A program made the translations under genes and the position numbers. Below, one piece after another: positions 16,136 through 24,287 of a stretch of 35,783 nucleotides of DNA; the stretch's first letter is position 1; each line of letters begins with the position of its first letter. A model generated the notes under the pieces. It saw only the letters and a program-made list of their open reading frames with translations. It had not been told where the DNA came from and did no database searches. This DNA is from a virus, in the UHGV virus genome UHGV-0117379. One strand, written 5' to 3'.

Positions 16136-17191
16136 ATGAAGAAGAATACCCGCTTTGCTTTTAACGCTTACCTGCAGCAGCTGGCGCGTCTGAACGGTGT
16201 GGCAGTTGAAGAACTGTCCAGCAAGTTCACCGTGGAGCCGTCTGTACAGCAGACGCTGGAAGACCAGATCCAGCAGTCCGCCGCTTTCCTGACGCTGATT
16301 AACGTCACGCCAGTGACTGAGCAGTCCGGTCAGCTGCTGGGGCTGGGTGTTGGCAGCACCATTGCCGGAACCACTGACACCACCGCGAAAGAGCGTGAAC
16401 CTGTCGATCCGACGCTGATGGTCGATGTGGAATACAAATGCGAACAGACCAACTTTGACACGGTGCTGACCTACGCGAAGCTGGACCTGTGGGCGAAGTT
16501 TCAGGATTTCCAGGTGCGTATCCGTAACGCCATCGTGAAACGTCAGGCACTGGACCGCATCATGATCGGCTTTAACGGCGTGAAGCGTGCGAAAACCTCC
16601 AACCGTAGCGAAAACCCGCTGCTGCAGGATGTGAACAAAGGCTGGCTGCAGAAAATCCGTGAGGATGCACCGGATCACGTCATGGGCAGCACCACCACGG
16701 GCGGTGAAACCACACCGGGTGCGGTGAAAGTCGGGAAAGGTGGCGAATATGCCAACCTGGACGCCGTGGTGATGGATGCGGTCAATGAGCTTATCGACGT
16801 GGTCTACCAGGACGATGACGATCTGGTGGTGATTTGCGGTCGTGAGCTGCTGTCTGACAAGTATTTCCCGCTGGTCAACAAAGACCAGGAAAACAGTGAA
16901 AAACTGGCTGCCGATATGATCATCAGTCAGAAACGCATGGGTGGCCTGCAGGCCGTGCGTGCGCCGTTCTTCCCGCCGAATGCGCTGCTGATCACCCGTC
17001 TGGATAACCTGTCCATTTACTGGCAGGAGGACACCCGCCGCCGTTCGGTTATCGACAACCCGAAACGTGACCGGATTGAAAACTTTGAATCAGTTAACGA
17101 AGCCTATGTGGTTGAGGACTACCGCTGCGCAGCACTGGTGGAAAACATCCAGATTGGTGACTTCAGCGCCGCCGCAGAAGCCGGAGCATAA
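16136..17191 (+). CDS. N: Major capsid protein gpN
   Basis: Colinear with remembered P2 gpN (TRF.FNAYL...KFTVEPSV.QTL...RIRNAI.KRQ.LD.IM.GFNGVKRA.TS.RS.NP.LQDV..GWLQK). Confidence 0.92.
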   Translation: MKKNTRFAFNAYLQQLARLNGVAVEELSSKFTVEPSVQQTLEDQIQQSAAFLTLINVTPVTEQSGQLLGLGVGSTIAGTTDTTAKEREPVDPTLMVDVEYKCEQTNFDTVLTYAKLDLWAKFQDFQVRIRNAIVKRQALDRIMIGFNGVKRAKTSNRSENPLLQDVNKGWLQKIREDAPDHVMGSTTTGGETTPGAVKVGKGGEYANLDAVVMDAVNELIDVVYQDDDDLVVICGRELLSDKYFPLVNKDQENSEKLAADMIISQKRMGGLQAVRAPFFPPNALLITRLDNLSIYWQEDTRRRSVIDNPKRDRIENFESVNEAYVVEDYRCAALVENIQIGDFSAAAEAGA

Positions 17192-17194
17192 ACC

Positions 17195-17845
17195 ATGAGC
17201 CTGAGTCCCGCACGGCAGCATCGCCTGCGCGTTCAGGCTGAACAGGCCGCCCGCGAGGGCGGCAGTGTTCGCCACGCGTCGGGCTATGACCTGATGCTGC
17301 TGCAACTGGCGGAAGACCGCCGCCGTCTCAAGGGCGTTCAGTCCACGGTGAAAAAAGCGGAAATTAAGGTGGAGCTGCTGCCGAAGTACGCCGCCTGGGC
17401 AGAGGGTGTCCTGACTGCCGGAGGCGCACAGCAGGATGACGTGCTGATGTACGTGATGCTGTGGCGCATTGATGCCGGAGATTATGCCGGGGCGCTGGAG
17501 ATCGGGCGTCATGCCCTGCGTCATGGCTGGGTGATGCCGCTGGGTAACCGCAATGTGCAGACCGTGCTGGCAGAGGAAATGGCAGACGCGGCGCAGAGCG
17601 CAATGCTTGCCGCCACCGGCTTTGATGCCGATCTGTTGTTGCAGACGCTGGAGCTGACAGACGGTCTGGATATGCCGGACCAGTCACGAGCGCGTCTGCA
17701 TAAAGCGATTGGCGCTGTCCTGAGTGAAAGCAATCCGGCTTCTGCCCTTAACCATCTCAACCATGCGTTACAGCTCGATCCCCGCTGTGGCGTGAAAAAA
17801 GACAAACAGCAGCTGGAGCGCAGACTGCGCAATGACAGCCGCTGA
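17195..17845 (+). CDS. M: Terminase small (endonuclease) subunit gpM
   Basis: 216 aa in the P2 M position, directly after N. Confidence 0.85.
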   Translation: MSLSPARQHRLRVQAEQAAREGGSVRHASGYDLMLLQLAEDRRRLKGVQSTVKKAEIKVELLPKYAAWAEGVLTAGGAQQDDVLMYVMLWRIDAGDYAGALEIGRHALRHGWVMPLGNRNVQTVLAEEMADAAQSAMLAATGFDADLLLQTLELTDGLDMPDQSRARLHKAIGAVLSESNPASALNHLNHALQLDPRCGVKKDKQQLERRLRNDSR

Positions 17846-17940
17846 CAGAACGTGCCCCCGCGCACGGGCGGCACGGGGTGGCGAAAGGCATAGCCACATC
17901 AAAATCCCGTCCACCGCCCTCTATTTCAGGAGAAAGCAGC

Positions 17941-18405
17941 ATGAAGTTTGTTGCGCCAGAACAGGCACCGGAACAGGCGGAAATCATCAGAAATACGCCG
18001 TTCTGGCCTGATGTGGACCTGTCGGAGTTTCGCAGCGTGATGCGCACTGACGGCACGGTGACGCAGCCGCGTTTAAAGCAGGTTGCCCTGTCGGCAATTT
18101 CGGAGGTCAACGCAGAGCTGTATGAGTTTCGCAGACGTCAGCAGATGCTGGGATATGTGTCGCTGGCTGAGGTTCCGGCGGAACAGCTGGACGGCAAAAG
18201 TGAGCGCATTCAGCACTATTTCAACGCGGTTTACTGCTGGGCACGCGCCATGCTCAACGAACGATACCAGGACTATGACGCCACGGCATCCGGTGTGAAG
18301 CGAGGCGAGGAACTGGCGGAATCCAGCGGTGATTTGTGGCGTGACGCCCGCTGGGCCATCAGCCGGGTGCAGGATGCGCCGCACTGCACAGTGGAGCTTA
18401 TCTGA
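17941..18405 (+). CDS. L: Head completion/stabilisation protein gpL
   Basis: ATG at 17941 follows CAGGAGAAAG. 154 aa in the P2 L position. Confidence 0.8.
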   Translation: MKFVAPEQAPEQAEIIRNTPFWPDVDLSEFRSVMRTDGTVTQPRLKQVALSAISEVNAELYEFRRRQQMLGYVSLAEVPAEQLDGKSERIQHYFNAVYCWARAMLNERYQDYDATASGVKRGEELAESSGDLWRDARWAISRVQDAPHCTVELI

Positions 18406-18608
18406 TGAAAGTGCGTGCGCATCAGTATGACACGGTGGACGCGCTTTGCTGGCGTCATTACGGGCGCACGCAGGGTGTCACGGAGCAGGTACTGAAGACA
18501 AATCCGGGGCTTGCCGAATACGGCCCCTTTTTACCTCACGGGCTGCAGGTGGAGCTGCCGGACATTCCGACAACCACCACCGTGCAGACCGTCCAGCTAT
18601 GGGACTGA
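18405..18608 (+). CDS. X: Tail protein gpX (LysM-like, 67 aa)
   Basis: Size, position and the TVDALCWRHYGRT motif fit P2 gpX. Confidence 0.8.
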   Translation: MKVRAHQYDTVDALCWRHYGRTQGVTEQVLKTNPGLAEYGPFLPHGLQVELPDIPTTTTVQTVQLWD

Positions 18609-18611
18609 ATT

Positions 18612-18827
18612 ATGACGCTTGAGCGAATCAGCGCCTTTATCACGTATTGCATCGCCGTCGTGCTGGCCTGGCTGGGCGATTTGTCCATCAAGGATGCCTC
18701 AACGCTGGGCGGCCTGATGATCGGTGTGCTGATGCTGGCTATCAACTGGTACTACAAACACAAAGCCTACCAGCTTCTGCGCGACGGACAGATCTCGCGG
18801 GAGGATTATGAATCCATCAATCGTTAA
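18612..18827 (+). CDS. Holin (71 aa, two hydrophobic segments, charged C-terminus)
   Basis: Two TM-like stretches (ISAFITYCIAVVLAWLG; LGGLMIGVLMLAINWYY). Immediately precedes the endolysin gene. Confidence 0.75.
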   Translation: MTLERISAFITYCIAVVLAWLGDLSIKDASTLGGLMIGVLMLAINWYYKHKAYQLLRDGQISREDYESINR

Positions 18828-19323
18828 ACGCTGCCTTGTCGGGGCCGTGCTGGCTATTGCTGCCACGCTGCCGGGTTTTCAGCAGCTTCACACCTCCGTG
18901 GAGGGGCTGAAACTGATTGCCGATTACGAAGGCTGTCGTCTGCAGCCGTATCAGTGCAGCGCGGGTGTATGGACCGATGGCATTGGTAATACGTCGGGCG
19001 TCATTCCCGGCAAAACCATTACGGAACGACAGGCAGCAGAAGGACTGATTTCCAACGTTATACGTGTGGAGCAGGCGCTGGAAAGGTGTGTGAAGCAACA
19101 GCCGCCGCAGAAGGTGTATGACGCGGTGGTGTCGTTTGCCTTCAACGTGGGAACGGGCAATGCCTGCAGTTCCACGCTGGTGAAATTGCTCAACCAGCGG
19201 CGCTGGGCGGATGCGTGCCGACAGTTGCCGCGCTGGGTTTATGTGAAAGGTGTGTTTAATCAGGGGCTGGATAACCGCCGTGTGCGGGAGATGGCCTGGT
19301 GCCTTAAAGGCGCTGGACTATGA
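18808..19323 (+). CDS. K: Endolysin, GH24 lysozyme with an N-terminal signal-anchor-release-like segment
   Basis: Catalytic-region motif EGCRLQPYQCSAGVWTDGIGNT. The N-terminus CLVGAVLAIAATLPG is weakly hydrophobic, like SAR endolysins. Confidence 0.85.
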   Translation: MNPSIVKRCLVGAVLAIAATLPGFQQLHTSVEGLKLIADYEGCRLQPYQCSAGVWTDGIGNTSGVIPGKTITERQAAEGLISNVIRVEQALERCVKQQPPQKVYDAVVSFAFNVGTGNACSSTLVKLLNQRRWADACRQLPRWVYVKGVFNQGLDNRRVREMAWCLKGAGL

Positions 19324-19748
19324 CGCGTGCGCTGGCAGTAGTGGTGGCACTGGCACTCGTTGCGCTGGGCTGGCAGTCGTGGCGGCTTAACAGCGCCAGC
19401 CACACCATCGAAACGCAGCGCGCGGCGCTGAAAAGTAAAGCGCAGGAACTGACGAAGAAAAACAGCCAGCTGATCGGTCTATCCATTCTGGCTGAAACCA
19501 ACAACCGGGAGCAGGCGCGGCTCTACGCCGAAGCAGAACAGACCAGTACACTGCTGAGACAACGACAACGCCGGATCGAGGAACTGAAACGTGAGAACGA
19601 GGATTTACGCCGCTGGGCTGATACTCCTTTGCCTGCTGACATTATCCGGCTGCGGGAACGTCCGGCACTTACCGGAGGTGCAGCTTACCGTCAGTGGTTG
19701 TCCGCGAGTGACGCCGTGTCGGCTGGAGCAGGCTGCGCCGCGCACTAA
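19320..19748 (+). CDS. lysB: i-spanin (Rz / LysB-like)
   Basis: N-terminal TM helix (ALAVVVALALVALGW), then a coiled-coil periplasmic domain. Follows the endolysin gene. Confidence 0.8.
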   Translation: MTRALAVVVALALVALGWQSWRLNSASHTIETQRAALKSKAQELTKKNSQLIGLSILAETNNREQARLYAEAEQTSTLLRQRQRRIEELKRENEDLRRWADTPLPADIIRLRERPALTGGAAYRQWLSASDAVSAGAGCAAH

Positions 19749-19881
19749 CGGTGATCTGAACGCATTGCTGGATGAAACGGAGGCCGCCTGGGCGGTCTGT
19801 GCAGACAAAGTGGACATGATTATTGCGTGTCAGGAGCGAAACAGTGAACAAACCACAGTCCCTGCGCCACGCCATCAATAA
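19591..19881 (+). CDS. lysC: o-spanin lipoprotein (Rz1 / LysC-like), overlapping the 3' part of lysB in another frame
   Basis: GTG start after GAGGA. Lipobox LTLSGC. The overlapped architecture extends past the lysB stop, as in P2 lysB/lysC. Confidence 0.75.
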   Translation: MRTRIYAAGLILLCLLTLSGCGNVRHLPEVQLTVSGCPRVTPCRLEQAAPRTNGDLNALLDETEAAWAVCADKVDMIIACQERNSEQTTVPAPRHQ

Positions 19882-20275
19882 AGCAGTGCCTTATGTCCGC
19901 AATAACCCGGACAAACTGCATCTGTTTGTGGATAACGGTTCGCTGGTTGCCACGGGGGCCAGCTCCATGTCATGGGAGTACCGCTATACCCTGAACGTGG
20001 TGATAGAGGATTTCAGCGGCGACCAAAATTTGCTGATGGCCCCGGTTTTACTGTGGCTGCGGGATAACCAGCCCGATGCCATCAATAACCCGGCGTTACG
20101 GGAAAAGCTATTCACCTTTGAGGTGGATATTCTGCGCAACGATGTCTGTGATATCAGCCTTAACCTGCAACTGACGGAACGTGTGCTGGTCAGCACTAAC
20201 GGCAGTGTGTCGAGCGTTGAAGCTATAGCGGAACCTGATGAACCTGAAGAAATGTGGACGGTGAAACGTGGCTGA
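19844..20275 (+). CDS. R: Tail completion protein gpR
   Basis: GTG at 19844 follows AGGAG. The N-terminus NKPQSLRHAINKAV...NPDKLHLFVDNGS matches remembered P2 gpR (LKPDSLRRALTDAV...NPDMLRIFVDNGS). Confidence 0.85.
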   Translation: MNKPQSLRHAINKAVPYVRNNPDKLHLFVDNGSLVATGASSMSWEYRYTLNVVIEDFSGDQNLLMAPVLLWLRDNQPDAINNPALREKLFTFEVDILRNDVCDISLNLQLTERVLVSTNGSVSSVEAIAEPDEPEEMWTVKRG

Positions 20276-20732
20276 ATTGCAGAAAGTGGACGACTGGCTG
20301 AGTGCCTTGCTGGCGAATCTGGAACCAGCCGCCAGAAGCCGCATGATGCGCCAGCTGGCGCAGGAACTGCGCCGGACACAGCAGCAGAATATCAGGATGC
20401 AACGCAATCCTGATGGCAGCAGCTATGAACCGAGGCGAGTAACAGCACGCAGTAAAAAAGGCCGCATCAAACGGCAGATGTTTACAAAACTTCGCACCAC
20501 AAAATACCTGAAAACCGCCGCCAGCGCGGATTCTGCCAGCGTACAGTTTGAAGGTAAGGTGCAGCGCATCGCCCGCGTTCACCTTTACGGCCTGCGTGAT
20601 CGCGTCAGTCGAAAAGGACCGGAGGTCCGTTATGCAGAGCGTCGTTTGTTAGGCATTGCTGAAAAAGAACAAAGTTTTATATTTTACACATTAATCAGTT
20701 GGTTACAGGAAAAGGGAGGGTTGCATAAGTGA
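20268..20732 (+). CDS. S: Tail completion protein gpS (its 3' end lies in AT-rich island DNA)
   Basis: GTG start overlaps the R stop. 154 aa in the P2 S position. The last ~25 codons (from about 20655) are AT-rich. Confidence 0.85.
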   Translation: MAELQKVDDWLSALLANLEPAARSRMMRQLAQELRRTQQQNIRMQRNPDGSSYEPRRVTARSKKGRIKRQMFTKLRTTKYLKTAASADSASVQFEGKVQRIARVHLYGLRDRVSRKGPEVRYAERRLLGIAEKEQSFIFYTLISWLQEKGGLHK

Positions 20733-20782
20733 GTTTATTTTACTTCAATGAAAATATAAAATCTGCTATATATAAAAACATT

Positions 20783-20791
20783 TGTTATAAT
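20783..20791 (+). promoter_or_regulatory. Extended -10 promoter element TGTTATAAT upstream of the island NTPase gene
   Basis: TGn plus a consensus TATAAT (20786..20791), 28 nt upstream of the ATG at 20820. AAGGA SD at 20806..20810. Confidence 0.5.
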
Positions 20792-20819
20792 GATATGATT
20801 TTCTTAAGGATAGGATGTT

Positions 20820-22331
20820 ATGCGCCCCAAAATTGGTGATTTTGAATTTGGTGAGGTTTATGGAGAGAATGAGGTATTATTTCTCGATAATTACTCGAAA
20901 TATTTTTATGATATAAATAATTCATTAAGTAAACTTGATAGAAAAAATAAAATGCTCGTAATTGGCAGGAAGGGGACGGGTAAGACATTGCTTGTTAATG
21001 TCTACTGTAACGCCAAGCGAAAAAATAATTATATTGCAGTTGTGGAATCATTAAAAGATTTTGTTTTTCATGAACTTACTCACTTTCAGGGGCAGGATGT
21101 GTCTTCCACAAAATATGTACCAATTTTCAAGTGGATGATATTGGTCAATCTTGCTAAGAATATTGTAAGTAATAAAAAAGGATTTAGTGAGGATAAAATA
21201 GTTCATTTGGAAAGTTTTTTACGTTCTTTTGGCCATGTCGCGGGCGAGTTAAGGCCTGAGCAAACAGTTGAAATAACTAGGGAGTACCAAGCGTCGGGTG
21301 AGGTTGGTATCGGATTTAGATTCCCAGTATTACGTGGTGAAGCCAAAGCAAAAGATGGTGAGGTCGAGAAAACAAAAGAAACAAAAAAGAATTATTTGGA
21401 ATGTATGGAATCTTTGCAGTGTTTTATTGTTGACATGCTAAAAGAGAGTAATAAAAAAATATATGTATTTTATGATGAGTTAGATGATAAGTTTGATGCA
21501 ACAGTTGAATATAAAAATGCAATGATAAGTTTTTTAAATGCTGTTGTGTCAATTAATAAAACTCTAATGCAAAATAAAATAGATGCTAAAATTGGTGCAG
21601 TTATTCGTCATGATATAATAAATACTTTTTCATCGCCGAATATTAATAAAATCATTGAAGATAACTCTGTTACACTTGATTGGTGTTCTGCTGGAGAACG
21701 AGCAAGTGATTCTGAGATTTTTGATATGATTGCTTTTAAGATCAAAAACTCCACTGATTATTATAATGATTTAAATGGTTCTAATTTGTTCGGGAAAATT
21801 TTCACTGAGAGAGTTGCAGGTGAGCATAGCTCTATTTATATTTTACATAGAACTCTAGGTCGCCCAAGAGATGCCGTTAGGATGCTAACTTATATTCAAG
21901 ATGAATATGGAGAAAATACTGAAAGATTTGAAAGTTCCATGTTTACAAAGATTTCTAAAAAATACTCATCTTATCTTTTACGTGAAATTAGATCTGAGCT
22001 TGCGGGACATTTAAGTGATTCAGAAATAGATGACAGTTTTTCTCTTTTACGTTCAGTAAAAAAAAGAGGTTTCACTCCACATTTAATCAAGGAAAAATTT
22101 GAAGAATTGAAGTTAGGAGATGGTACATTAACGCTTAATAAAATACTGAGTTGTTTATTTAAAGTCGGTGCTATCGGGAATGTACTCAGGAGATCTAAAA
22201 CAGATGGCGGAGATGTTTATTTGTGGTCATTTAATGATGAAGATTTAGAAATGGACCCAACGTTGAATTTTGAAATACACTGTGGTTTGTGGGATGCACT
22301 AGGAATTATCAAGCCTAAACTTAGGCAATAA
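20820..22331 (+). CDS. 503-aa P-loop NTPase of unassigned family (Walker A, long charged insert, Walker B, RPRD arginine motif, uncharacterised C-terminal domain)
   Basis: Walker A GRKGTGKT (20964..20987). Walker B IYVFYDELDD (21459..21488). RTLGRPRDAVRML (21849..21887) resembles sensor/arginine motifs of AAA+/KAP-like NTPases. Extremely AT-rich (14/60 GC in 21481..21540, versus 37/60 in 20341..20400). Confidence 0.8.
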   Translation: MRPKIGDFEFGEVYGENEVLFLDNYSKYFYDINNSLSKLDRKNKMLVIGRKGTGKTLLVNVYCNAKRKNNYIAVVESLKDFVFHELTHFQGQDVSSTKYVPIFKWMILVNLAKNIVSNKKGFSEDKIVHLESFLRSFGHVAGELRPEQTVEITREYQASGEVGIGFRFPVLRGEAKAKDGEVEKTKETKKNYLECMESLQCFIVDMLKESNKKIYVFYDELDDKFDATVEYKNAMISFLNAVVSINKTLMQNKIDAKIGAVIRHDIINTFSSPNINKIIEDNSVTLDWCSAGERASDSEIFDMIAFKIKNSTDYYNDLNGSNLFGKIFTERVAGEHSSIYILHRTLGRPRDAVRMLTYIQDEYGENTERFESSMFTKISKKYSSYLLREIRSELAGHLSDSEIDDSFSLLRSVKKRGFTPHLIKEKFEELKLGDGTLTLNKILSCLFKVGAIGNVLRRSKTDGGDVYLWSFNDEDLEMDPTLNFEIHCGLWDALGIIKPKLRQ

Positions 22332-22332
22332 T

Positions 22333-22365
22333 AAAAACGCCCTTTAATAGGGCGTTTTTATTTAA
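22333..22365 (+). terminator. Rho-independent terminator (AAAAACGCCC-TTTAATA-GGGCGTTTTT)
   Basis: Perfect 10-bp stem directly after the stop at 22331, followed by a T-rich run. Confidence 0.85.
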
Positions 22366-22393
22366 AGTTGTCATTCTTTCTTTAAATTATCAT

Positions 22394-22411
22394 TGTGCCA
22401 AATCTCTTACA
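22394..22411. promoter_or_regulatory. Candidate Ogr/B box TGT-N12-ACA of late promoter PV
   Basis: TGTGCCAAATCTCTTACA, between the island terminator and V. The dyad centre is only ~55 bp from the V ATG (versus ~86-88 bp at the O and FI promoters), so either the spacing or the V start is atypical. Confidence 0.4.
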
Positions 22412-22457
22412 ATTCTAAATAGATGAATTAGTCTTTGTTCTGTTTGATAATTTGGAA

Positions 22458-23036
22458 ATGAATACACAACTGACAGAAATCATGCGCCTTATCACCAACC
22501 TGATCCGCACTGGTGTAGTCACCGAAGTGGACAGGGAAAACTGGCTTTGCCGGGTGAAAACAGGCGACTTAGAAACCAACTGGATCAGCTGGCTGACCCT
22601 GCGTGCCGGGAATGCCCGGACATGGTGGCGACCATCGGAAGGTGAGCAGGTGGTGCTGCTGAGTCTGGGCGGCAATCTGGAGACCGCCTTTGCGCTGCCC
22701 GCTGTCTATTCGAATCAGTTCGCACCACCGTCGACGTCGGCGGACGCCTGCGTGACAGAACATCCTGACGGTGGCTGGTTTGAATACGAACCCGCCACCG
22801 GGCGCTGGTATGTCAGGGGCATCAAATCCATGGTTATTGAGGCTGCCGACAATATCACCCTGAAAACCAGTGAGTTTGTGCTGGAGGCTGACCGCACGCG
22901 TATTAATAGTGAAGTAGTGATCAATGGCGGCGTTACCCAGGGCGGCGGTGCGATGAGTTCTAACGGAATTGTGGTTGATGCACATCAGCATACTGGCGTC
23001 CTGAAAGGCGGCGACACAACCGGAGGCCCGGTATGA
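22458..23036 (+). CDS. V: Baseplate spike/assembly protein gpV
   Basis: MNT...IRTG...CRV.TG....W..WL..RAG..RTWW.PS.GEQV......G.L.TAF.LP..YS matches remembered P2 gpV. ATG at 22458, within ORF 22452..23036. Confidence 0.88.
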   Translation: MNTQLTEIMRLITNLIRTGVVTEVDRENWLCRVKTGDLETNWISWLTLRAGNARTWWRPSEGEQVVLLSLGGNLETAFALPAVYSNQFAPPSTSADACVTEHPDGGWFEYEPATGRWYVRGIKSMVIEAADNITLKTSEFVLEADRTRINSEVVINGGVTQGGGAMSSNGIVVDAHQHTGVLKGGDTTGGPV

Positions 23037-23392
23037 CGCTTTATAGCGGGATGAACAATACCAGCGGCAAAGCTATTACTGATATTGACCATCTGCGCCA
23101 GTCGGTGCGGGACATTCTGCTGACACCGCAGGGTAGCCGCATTGCCCGCCGGGAATATGGTTCCCTGCTGTCGGCACTGATAGACCAGCCACAAAATCCG
23201 GCGTTACGCCTGCAGGTCATGTCGGCAGTGTATGTGGCGCTGAGTCGCTGGGAGCCACGGCTGACGCTGGATTCCATCACCATCAACAGCAACTTTGACG
23301 GTTCTATGGTGGTGGAGCTGACCGGGCGGCGGAATAACGGTGTGCCTGTGTCCCTTTCCGTATCAACAGGAGCAGAGAATGGCAGTGATTGA
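23033..23392 (+). CDS. W: Baseplate protein gpW (gp25/lysozyme-like fold family)
   Basis: 119 aa. ATGA overlap with V. Carries the LLT.QGSR..RR.YGS motif typical of GPW/gp25. Confidence 0.88.
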   Translation: MTLYSGMNNTSGKAITDIDHLRQSVRDILLTPQGSRIARREYGSLLSALIDQPQNPALRLQVMSAVYVALSRWEPRLTLDSITINSNFDGSMVVELTGRRNNGVPVSLSVSTGAENGSD

Positions 23393-24287
23393 CCTTTCGC
23401 AGTTGCCTGCGCCGCAGATTGTGGATGTGCCGGACTTTGAGACGCTGCTTACCGAACGCAAGGCAGAATTTGTGGCGCTTCATCCGAAAGATGAGCAGGA
23501 AGCAGTGATCCGCACGCTGGAACTGGAATCTGAACCCGTCACCAAATTGTTGCAGGAGAATGCTTACCGTGAGTTGCTTCTGCGCCAGCGCATTAACGAA
23601 GCCGCGCAGGCTGTGATGGTGGCTTACGCGATGGGCGGCGATCTTGACCAGCTCGCTGCCAACTACAACGTGAAACGCCTGACGGTGACGCCTGCTGATA
23701 ATGACGCTGTGCCGCCCGTTGCGGCTGTGATGGAAAGCGATGAAGCGTTACGCCTGCGTGTGCCCGCAGCCTTTGAAGGGCTTTCAGTTGCGGGGCCAAC
23801 TGCAGCTTATGAATTTCATGCACGAAGCGCCGACGGTCGGGTGGCGGATGCCAGTGCAACCAGCCCGGCACCTGCAGAGGTGGTGCTGACTGTTCTTAGC
23901 CGCGAAGGCGATGGAACTGCAGAAAAAGACCTGCTGGACGTGGTGGAAAAAGCTCTGAACAGTGAGAACGTCCGCCCGGTGGCTGACCGTCTGACGGTTC
24001 GCAGCGCAGAAATCATCCCGTACCGCGTGGAAGCCACCATTTTTCTCTATCCGGGACCGGAAGCAGAGCCGGTAATGGCAGCGGCAAAAGCCAGTCTGCA
24101 GAAGTATATCGCCAGTCAGACGCGTCTTGGCCGGGATATTCGCCGTAGCGCCATCTTTGCCGCCCTGCATGTTGAGGGTGTGCAGCGTGTGGAGCTGGCT
24201 TCGCCGCTGGCGGATGTGGTCCTGAACAAAACACAGGCGGCATCATGTACGCAGTGGAGCGTAACCAACGGAGGAACGGATGAATAG
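23379..24287 (+). CDS. J: Baseplate wedge protein gpJ
   Basis: ATG at 23379 follows GGAGCAGAGA. 302 aa in the P2 J position. Confidence 0.88.
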   Translation: MAVIDLSQLPAPQIVDVPDFETLLTERKAEFVALHPKDEQEAVIRTLELESEPVTKLLQENAYRELLLRQRINEAAQAVMVAYAMGGDLDQLAANYNVKRLTVTPADNDAVPPVAAVMESDEALRLRVPAAFEGLSVAGPTAAYEFHARSADGRVADASATSPAPAEVVLTVLSREGDGTAEKDLLDVVEKALNSENVRPVADRLTVRSAEIIPYRVEATIFLYPGPEAEPVMAAAKASLQKYIASQTRLGRDIRRSAIFAALHVEGVQRVELASPLADVVLNKTQAASCTQWSVTNGGTDE

